A stretch of 34,328 nt of DNA from a virus (Duplodnaviria; Heunggongvirae; Uroviricota; Caudoviricetes). Shown piece after piece: positions 27,790 to 34,328 of the stretch (the stretch's first letter is position 1; every line of letters begins with the position of its first letter). The position numbers were made by a program, and so were the translations under genes. A model generated the notes under the pieces. The model searched no databases, was not told where the DNA came from, and saw only the letters and a program-made list of their open reading frames with translations. Location: IMG/VR virus record IMGVR_UViG_2526164597_000016; one strand, given 5' to 3'.

Positions 27790-28308
27790 ATGGCAATGCC
27801 GCGCAAACTCAAGTTAATGAACGTCTTTCTGAACGGCTACAACTATCAGGGCGTCGCGAAGTCCGTCACGCTGCCAAAACTGACCCGTAAGCTCGAAAAC
27901 TATCGCGGTGCGGGGATGAACGGCAGCGCACCGGTAGACCTCGGCCTTGATGACGATGCGCTGTCAATGGAGTGGTCGCTCGGTGGCTTCCCGGATTCGG
28001 TTATCTGGGAGCTTTACGCCGCAACCGGTGTGGATGCCGTACCGATTCGTTTTGCAGGCTCTTACCAGCGCGACGATACCGGCGAAACGGTGGCCGTCGA
28101 GGTGGTCATGCGTGGACGTCAGAAAGAAATCGACACCGGCGAGGGCAAACAGGGAGAAGACACCGAGTCGAAAATCTCCGTGGTCTGCACCTATTTCCGG
28201 CTGACGATGGACGGTAAGGAGCTGGTCGAAATCGACACCATCAACATGATTGAGAAGGTGAACGGCGTCGACCGGCTGGAGCAACACCGCCGCAATATCG
28301 GCCTGTGA
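27790..28308 (+). CDS. FII: Tail tube protein FII
   Basis: 172 aa, same as P2 gpFII. Confidence 0.9.
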   Translation: MAMPRKLKLMNVFLNGYNYQGVAKSVTLPKLTRKLENYRGAGMNGSAPVDLGLDDDALSMEWSLGGFPDSVIWELYAATGVDAVPIRFAGSYQRDDTGETVAVEVVMRGRQKEIDTGEGKQGEDTESKISVVCTYFRLTMDGKELVEIDTINMIEKVNGVDRLEQHRRNIGL

Positions 28309-28364
28309 TTTTCATCCGGTCAGCCTGGCTGACCGGTTAACCCCGATTCAGAAGTGAGAAAACC

Positions 28365-28640
28365 ATGAACAAAGAAAACGTCATTACCCTGGACAATCCG
28401 GTCAAACGTGGTGAGCAGGTTATCGAACAGGTCACGCTGATGAAACCCAATGCCGGGACGCTACGCGGTGTCAGTCTGGCTGCAGTCGCGAACTCCGAAG
28501 TCGATGCACTGATTAAAGTGCTGCCGCGCATGACGGCACCGATGCTGACCGAGCAGGAAGTCGCCGCGCTGGAACTGCCTGACCTTGTGGCGCTGGCCGG
28601 TAAGGTGGTCGGTTTTTTGTCGCCGAACTCGGTGCAGTGA
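28365..28640 (+). CDS. E: Tail assembly chaperone E
   Basis: 91 aa; lies between the tube and tape-measure genes; contains a slippery site near its 3' end. Confidence 0.8.
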   Translation: MNKENVITLDNPVKRGEQVIEQVTLMKPNAGTLRGVSLAAVANSEVDALIKVLPRMTAPMLTEQEVAALELPDLVALAGKVVGFLSPNSVQ

Positions 28641-28792
28641 CGTTTCCGAAAAATCTCTCGGTCGATGACCTGATGGCGGATGTGGCAGTGATATTTCACT
28701 GGCCGCCATCAGAACTGTATCCCATGAGCCTGACCGAACTCATCACATGGCGCGAAAAGGCGCTCCGGCGAAGCGGAAACACGAATGAGTAA
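28365..28792 (+). CDS. E': Tail assembly chaperone E+E' produced by programmed -1 frameshift at T TTT TTG (28613-28619)
   Basis: Slippery heptamer sits in the E zero frame (GGT TTT TTG); the -1 frame stays open to TAA at 28790-28792, overlapping the T start at 28785, which is the conserved arrangement. Confidence 0.7.
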
Positions 28793-31232
28793 CAATGTAA
28801 AATTACAGGTATTGCTCAGGGCTGTTGACCAGGCATCCCGCCCGTTTAAATCCATCCGCACAGCGAGCAAGTCGCTGTCGGGGGATATCCGGGAAACACA
28901 AAAATCACTGCGCGAGCTGAACGGTCACGCATCCCGTATTGAGGGATTTCGCAAGACCAGTGCGCAGCTCGCCGTGACTGGTCATGCACTTGAAAAGGCA
29001 CGGCAGGAAGCCGAAGCCCTTGCCACACAGTTTAAAAACACCGAACGTCCGACCCGTGCTCAGGCGAAAGTGCTGGAATCCGCAAAGCGAGCGGCGGAGG
29101 ACTTACAGGCGAAATATAACCGCCTGACGGATTCCGTTAAACGCCAGCAGCGGGAACTGGCCGCTGTGGGAATTAATACCCGCAATCTTGCACATGATGA
29201 GCAGGGACTGAAAAACCGTATCAGTGAAACCACCGCACAGCTTAACCGGCAGCGTGACGCGCTGGCGCGTGTCAGTGCGCAACAGGCAAAACTTAACGCA
29301 GTAAAACAGCGCTATCAGGCAGGAAAGGAGCTGGCCGGAAATATGGCCTCAGTGGGCGCTGCCGGTGTGGGGATTGCGGCGGCGGGAACGATGGCCGGTG
29401 TTAAGCTGCTGATGCCCGGTTATGAATTTGCGCAGAAAAACTCAGAATTACAGGCCGTGCTCGGTGTGGCAAAAGACTCCGCCGAAATGGCCGCGCTACG
29501 CAAGCAGGCGCGCCAGCTCGGCGACAATACCGCCGCCTCGGCGGATGATGCGGCCGGTGCACAGATAATCATCGCGAAAGCGGGTGGGGATGTTGATGCC
29601 ATTCAGGCGGCAACGCCGGTCACGCTGAATATGGCGCTGGCGAACCGTCGCACGATGGAAGAAAACGCCGCCCTGCTGATGGGGATGAAATCTGCCTTTC
29701 AGCTTTCAAACGATAAGGTTGCTCATATCGGGGATGTTCTCTCCATGACGATGAACAAAACCGCCGCCGATTTTGACGGTATGAGCGATGCGCTGACCTA
29801 TGCCGCACCTGTGGCAAAAAATGCCGGTGTCAGCATTGAAGAAACCGCCGCAATGGTCGGGGCGCTGCATGATGCAAAAATCACAGGCTCAATGGCGGGG
29901 ACGGGAAGCCGTGCCGTGTTAAGCCGCCTGCAGGCACCGACGGGAAAAGCATGGGATGCACTCAAAGAGCTTGGCGTGAAAACCTCAGACAGCAAGGGAA
30001 ACACCCGGCCAATATTTACCATTCTGAAAGAAATGCAGGCCAGTTTTGAGAAAAACCGGCTCGGTACTGCCCAGCAGGCTGAATACATGAAAACTATTTT
30101 CGGGGAGGAGGCCAGCTCAGCCGCCGCCGTGCTGATGACCGCCGCCTCAACCGGAAAGCTGGACAAACTGACCGCTGCGTTTAAAGCCTCAAACGGGAAG
30201 ACTGCCGAGCTGGTAAATATCATGCAGGACAACCTCGGCGGTGACTTTAAGGAGTTTCAGTCCGCTTATGAGGCGGTGGGGACAGACCTGTTTGACCAGC
30301 AGGAAGGCGCACTGCGCAAGCTCACACAGACGGCCACAAAGTATGTGTTAAAACTCGACGGCTGGATCCAGAAAAACAAATCACTGGCGTCAACCATTGG
30401 CATCATTGCCGGTGGCGCGCTGGCGCTTATTGGCATCATCGGTGCAATTGGTCTTGTAGCCTGGCCGGTTATCACTGGCATCAATGCTATCATCGCGGCA
30501 GCAGGCGCAATGGGGGCAATCTTCACGACGGTTGGCAGTGCTGTTATGACGGCCATCGGGGCGATTAGCTGGCCGGTTGTGGCCGTGGTGGCCGCCATTG
30601 TCGCCGGGGCGTTGCTTATCCGTAAATACTGGGAGCCTGTCAGCGCATTCTTTGGCGGTGTGGTGGAAGGGCTGAAAGCGGCATTTGCGCCGGTGGGGGA
30701 ACTGTTCACGCCACTTAAGCCGCTGTTTGACTGGCTGGGTGAAAAGTTACAGGCCGCGTGGCAGTGGTTTAAAAACCTGATTGCCCCGGTTAAAGCCACC
30801 CAGGACACCCTGAACCGTTGCCGTGACACGGGCGTCATGTTCGGGCAGGCACTGGCTGACGCGCTGATGCTGCCGCTTAATGCGTTCAACAAACTGCGCG
30901 GCGGTATTGACTGGGTACTGGAAAAACTCGGCGTCATCAACAAAGAGTCAGGCACGCTTGACCAGACTGCCGCCAGAACTCATGCCGCCACGTATGGCAC
31001 CGGTGGTTATATTCCGGCGACCAGCTCTTATGCTGGCTATCAGGCTTATCAGCCAGTTACGGCACCGGCTGGCCGCTCTTATGTGGACCAGAGTAAAAAC
31101 GAATATCACATCAACCTGACGGGCGGTACTGCGCAGGGGACACAGCTCGACCGCCAGTTACAGGATGCGCTCGAAAAATACGAGCGGGATAAACGTGCGC
31201 GCGCCCGTGCCAGCATGATGCATGACGGTTAA
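28785..31232 (+). CDS. T: Tail tape measure protein T
   Basis: 815 aa, same as P2 gpT; Ala/Gly-rich with hydrophobic segments typical of tape-measure proteins. Confidence 0.9.
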   Translation: MSNNVKLQVLLRAVDQASRPFKSIRTASKSLSGDIRETQKSLRELNGHASRIEGFRKTSAQLAVTGHALEKARQEAEALATQFKNTERPTRAQAKVLESAKRAAEDLQAKYNRLTDSVKRQQRELAAVGINTRNLAHDEQGLKNRISETTAQLNRQRDALARVSAQQAKLNAVKQRYQAGKELAGNMASVGAAGVGIAAAGTMAGVKLLMPGYEFAQKNSELQAVLGVAKDSAEMAALRKQARQLGDNTAASADDAAGAQIIIAKAGGDVDAIQAATPVTLNMALANRRTMEENAALLMGMKSAFQLSNDKVAHIGDVLSMTMNKTAADFDGMSDALTYAAPVAKNAGVSIEETAAMVGALHDAKITGSMAGTGSRAVLSRLQAPTGKAWDALKELGVKTSDSKGNTRPIFTILKEMQASFEKNRLGTAQQAEYMKTIFGEEASSAAAVLMTAASTGKLDKLTAAFKASNGKTAELVNIMQDNLGGDFKEFQSAYEAVGTDLFDQQEGALRKLTQTATKYVLKLDGWIQKNKSLASTIGIIAGGALALIGIIGAIGLVAWPVITGINAIIAAAGAMGAIFTTVGSAVMTAIGAISWPVVAVVAAIVAGALLIRKYWEPVSAFFGGVVEGLKAAFAPVGELFTPLKPLFDWLGEKLQAAWQWFKNLIAPVKATQDTLNRCRDTGVMFGQALADALMLPLNAFNKLRGGIDWVLEKLGVINKESGTLDQTAARTHAATYGTGGYIPATSSYAGYQAYQPVTAPAGRSYVDQSKNEYHINLTGGTAQGTQLDRQLQDALEKYERDKRARARASMMHDG

Positions 31233-31246
31233 GGAGGTGACGAAAA

Positions 31247-31726
31247 ATGATGCTCGCGTTAGGTATGTTTGTTTTTATGCGCCAGACGCTGCCACACCAG
31301 ACCATGCAGCGTGAATCAGATTATCGCTGGCCGTCAAATTCCTGTATCGGTAAACGGGATGCCTTTCAGTTTCTCGGTGTGGGTGAGGAAAACATCACGC
31401 TTGCCGGTGTGCTTTATCCTGAACTGACCGGCGGGAAGCTGACGATGACCACGCTCAGGCTGATGGCAGAGGAAGGCCGGGCGTGGCCGTTGCTGGATGG
31501 CACCGGCATGATTTACGGCATGTATGTCATCAGCAGGGTGAGTGAAACAGGGAGTATTTTCTTTGCAGACGGCACACCCCGGAAAATTGATTTTACGCTG
31601 TCGCTCACCCGCGTTGATGAATCACTGGCCGCGCTTTATGGCGATATCGGTAAACAGGCGGAATCGCTCATCGGTAAGGCTGGCAGTATGGCGACTAAAT
31701 TCACGGGTATGACGGGGGCGGGATAA
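31247..31726 (+). CDS. U: Tail protein U
   Basis: 159 aa, same as P2 gpU. Confidence 0.85.
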   Translation: MMLALGMFVFMRQTLPHQTMQRESDYRWPSNSCIGKRDAFQFLGVGEENITLAGVLYPELTGGKLTMTTLRLMAEEGRAWPLLDGTGMIYGMYVISRVSETGSIFFADGTPRKIDFTLSLTRVDESLAALYGDIGKQAESLIGKAGSMATKFTGMTGAG

Positions 31727-32889
31727 TGCTGGATGCACTGACATTTGATGCAGGCAGTACGCTGACGCCGGATTACATGCTGATGCTCGACAGCAGGGAT
31801 ATTACCGGCAATATCAGCGACCGTCTGATGAGTATGACCCTGACGGATAACCGGGGTTTTGAGGCTGACCAGCTTGATATTGAACTGAACGATGCCGACG
31901 GGCAGGTCGGGCTGCCGGTTCGTGGCGCTGTCCTGACGGTGTATATCGGCTGGAAAGGTTTTGCCCTGGTATGCAAAGGGAAATTCACCGTTGATGAGGT
32001 TGAACACCGGGGCGTGCCGGATGTGGTCACCATCCGCGCCCGGAGTGCAGATTTCCGCGGGACGCTCAATTCCCGCCGTGAAGGTTCCTGGCATGACACC
32101 ACGCTCGGTGCGATTGTTGAGGCGATAGCCTCCCGTAACAGGCTGGAAGCCAGTGTCGCTCCGTCACTGGCCGGAATTAAAATCCCGCACATCGACCAGT
32201 CGCAGGAGTCTGATGCGAAATTCCTGACCCGTCTTGCAGAACGCAACGGCGGTGAGGTGTCGGTAAAAATGGGAAAATTGTTGTTTCTCAAAGCGGGGCA
32301 GGGGGTGACGGCCAGCGGTAAGAAAATCCCGCAGGTCACCATCACCCGCAGCGACGGCGACCGTCATCATTTTGCGATTGCTGACCGTGGAGCCTACACC
32401 GGCGTAACGGCAAAGTGGTTACACACCAAAGACCCGAAGCCGCAAAAGCAGAAGGTAAAACTGAAACGCAAAAAGAAAGAAAAACACCTGCGCGCACTGG
32501 AGCACCCGAAAGCGAAACCGGTCAGGCAGAAGATAGCGCCCAAAGTGCCGGAAGCGCGCGAAGGTGAATACATGGCCGGTGAGGCTGATAACGTTTTTGC
32601 CCTGACCACGGTATATGCCACGAAAGCACAGGCCATGCGCGCCGCTCAGGCGAAGTGGGACAAACTGCAACGGGGCGTTGCGGAGTTCTCCATCAGCCTT
32701 GCCACTGGTCGGGCTGATATTTACACGGAAACGCCGGTCAGAGTGTCAGGCTTTAAGCGCGTCATAGACGAGCAGGACTGGACAATCACTAAGGTGACAC
32801 ATTTTCTGAATAATAGCGGCTTCACGACGTCCTTGGAGCTTGAGGTCAGGCTTTCTGATGTGGAGTACGAAACAGAAGATGATGAGTGA
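31726..32889 (+). CDS. D: Tail protein D (late control gene D)
   Basis: 387 aa, same as P2 gpD; TAATG coupling with U. Confidence 0.85.
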   Translation: MLDALTFDAGSTLTPDYMLMLDSRDITGNISDRLMSMTLTDNRGFEADQLDIELNDADGQVGLPVRGAVLTVYIGWKGFALVCKGKFTVDEVEHRGVPDVVTIRARSADFRGTLNSRREGSWHDTTLGAIVEAIASRNRLEASVAPSLAGIKIPHIDQSQESDAKFLTRLAERNGGEVSVKMGKLLFLKAGQGVTASGKKIPQVTITRSDGDRHHFAIADRGAYTGVTAKWLHTKDPKPQKQKVKLKRKKKEKHLRALEHPKAKPVRQKIAPKVPEAREGEYMAGEADNVFALTTVYATKAQAMRAAQAKWDKLQRGVAEFSISLATGRADIYTETPVRVSGFKRVIDEQDWTITKVTHFLNNSGFTTSLELEVRLSDVEYETEDDE

Positions 32890-32970
32890 TGTTTTTATTT
32901 TATCTATTTGTTTTATAAGGATAAATTAACTAGAATGGCACTATCAACAAAACCGGAAGAGGTGCTCGCG

Positions 32971-33189
32971 ATGTTTCATTGTCCTTTATGCCAGCATGCC
33001 GCACATGCGCGTACAAGCCGCTATATCACTGACACGACAAAAGAGCGTTATCACCAGTGTCAGAACGTGAATTGCAGCGCCACGTTCATCACCTATGAGT
33101 CGGTACAGAGATACATCGTGAAGCCGGGAGAAGTCCACGCCGTAAGGCCGCACCCGTTGCCGTCAGGGCAGCAAATTATGTGGATGTGA
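32971..33189 (+). CDS. ogr: Late gene transcriptional activator Ogr (zinc finger)
   Basis: 72 aa from MFHCPLCQHAAHARTSRY...; CPLC ... CQNVNC zinc-binding cysteines; last phage gene before att. Confidence 0.85.
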   Translation: MFHCPLCQHAAHARTSRYITDTTKERYHQCQNVNCSATFITYESVQRYIVKPGEVHAVRPHPLPSGQQIMWM

Positions 33190-33199
33190 TCACAAAAAT

Positions 33200-33227
33200 A
33201 GCCCCTCAGTTGAGGGGCTTTATTTAT
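33200..33227 (+). terminator. Rho-independent terminator after ogr
   Basis: AGCCCCTC 33200-33207, loop AGTT, GAGGGGCT 33212-33219, followed by TTATTTAT. Confidence 0.7.
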
Positions 33228-33232
33228 GGTCG

Positions 33233-33251
33233 ATGTGGACGCTATGTGGAC
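33233..33251 (+). promoter_or_regulatory. Direct repeats ATGTGGAC x2, candidate integrase arm-type binding sites in the phage arm of attR
   Basis: Identical 8-mers at 33233-33240 and 33244-33251, about one helical turn apart, between ogr and host DNA. Confidence 0.4.
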
Positions 33252-33317
33252 AGCGGTTGACATAAATCCATTTATATCATCAGGTTAGGTGCTTTTTTGT
33301 GACACCATCCCTGTCTT

Positions 33318-33344
33318 CCCCCACATGATGTGGGGGTTTTTTTT
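33318..33344 (+). terminator. Strong rho-independent terminator (probably host-side, or overlapping the att core)
   Basis: CCCCCACAT-G-ATGTGGGGG (33318-33336) followed by T8 (33337-33344). Confidence 0.7.
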
Positions 33345-33425
33345 ATCCTCAATTTGCCTGCTGCTTAATGCATTGCAGATGATTTGCTTCCGTTATACTA
33401 GCGTCAGTTGATAGCGGGAGTATTT

Positions 33426-34328
33426 ATGAATCAATCTTATGGACGGCTGGTCAGTCGGGCGGCGATTGCTGCGACGGCGATGGCTTCGTTGCTATTGCTG
33501 ATTAAAATTTTTGCATGGTGGTATACCGGGTCGGTGAGTATTCTCGCCGCGCTGGTGGATTCGCTGGTGGATATCGGCGCGTCGTTGACGAATTTACTGG
33601 TGGTGCGATATTCCCTGCAACCTGCCGACGATAATCACTCGTTTGGTCACGGTAAAGCAGAGTCCCTCGCGGCGCTGGCGCAAAGTATGTTTATCTCCGG
33701 TTCGGCACTATTCCTGTTTTTGACGGGTATTCAACATCTGATATCTCCAACACCGATGACAGATCCAGGCGTCGGGGTTATCGTGACAATTGTGGCGCTA
33801 ATTTGTACGATTATCCTTGTCTCGTTTCAGCGTTGGGTGGTGCGCCGGACGCAAAGCCAGGCGGTGCGGGCTGATATGCTACATTACCAGTCTGATGTTA
33901 TGATGAACGGCGCAATTCTGCTGGCGCTGGGGTTGTCCTGGTACGGCTGGCATCGCGCCGATGCTCTGTTTGCATTGGGAATCGGCATCTATATTTTATA
34001 TAGCGCGTTACGCATGGGATATGAGGCGGTACAGTCATTACTGGATCGCGCATTGCCTGATGAGGAACGGCAAGAAATTATTGATATCGTGACTTCCTGG
34101 CCGGGTGTTAGCGGCGCTCACGATCTTCGCACGCGGCAGTCAGGGCCGACCCGCTTTATTCAGATTCATTTGGAAATGGAAGACTCTCTGCCTTTGGTTC
34201 AGGCACATATGGTGGCGGATCAGGTAGAGCAGGCTATTTTACGGCGTTTTCCGGGATCGGATGTGATTATCCATCAGGACCCCTGTTCCGTCGTACCCAG
34301 GGAGGGTAAACGGTCTATGCTTTCATAA
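33426..34328 (+). CDS. fieF: Host cation-efflux pump FieF (YiiP), CDF family, complete
   Basis: 300 aa, [35 protein letters not shown] ... [15 protein letters not shown], recognised as enterobacterial FieF; the ORF-track start at 33408 is an upstream extension. Confidence 0.9.

Larger units (their letters stand above)
1..33344. mobile_element. P2-like (Peduovirus-type) prophage, near complete; left end (attL) beyond window start, right end (attR) between ogr and fieF
   Basis: Full P2 gene order with matching protein lengths (Q 344, N 357, M 247, T 815, D 387, FI 396, FII 172 aa and others); integrase at one end, ogr at the other; host fieF follows. Confidence 0.9.

Noticed and set aside
29798-30955. 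Antisense ORFs of 144 and 229 aa within tape-measure gene T
   Set aside because: Same reasoning: GC-rich antisense of a conserved structural gene, with low-complexity Ala/Ser/Pro-rich translations.
33257-33262. TTGACA hexamer in the att region as a promoter
   Set aside because: No acceptable -10 at 16-18 bp spacing; probably incidental or part of the recombination site.
1-34328. tRNA, rRNA or tmRNA gene at the prophage boundary
   Set aside because: No cloverleaf-like structure or tRNA-like sequence found by eye near 33190-33425; the left boundary is outside the window so it could not be examined.

Overview
The window is an almost complete P2-like temperate myovirus prophage (about 33.3 kb; left attachment site lies just beyond position 1) followed by the host gene fieF. 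Gene order and protein lengths match the phage P2 map throughout: int-C / cox-B-small ORFs-A / cargo / cos / Q-P / O-N-M-L-X-Y-K-lysABC-R-S / cargo / V-W-J-I-H-G / cargo / FI-FII-E(E')-T-U-D-ogr / attR. All calls rest on reading the ORF translations, motifs and synteny by eye; no database search or computation was run. Three visibly AT-rich cargo islands sit at the classical P2 accessory positions. The most interesting is between replication gene A and the cos/portal end, where P2 carries tin/old: here it holds a DNA cytosine-5 methyltransferase convergent with a 652-aa protein that fuses a GHKL (MORC/MutL-like) ATPase to a C-terminal PD-(D/E)xK-like nuclease motif. I consider this a candidate, possibly undescribed, methylation-linked anti-phage or restriction module. 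Two further cargo loci are a 3-TM membrane protein between S and V, and a two-gene operon (HExxH protein plus Cys-rich small protein) between G and FI. Other supported elements include the P2 cos 19-mer, the E/E' -1 frameshift site, embedded lysC, tail-fibre tandem repeats, the C/cox switch region and candidate Int arm-type repeats at attR.
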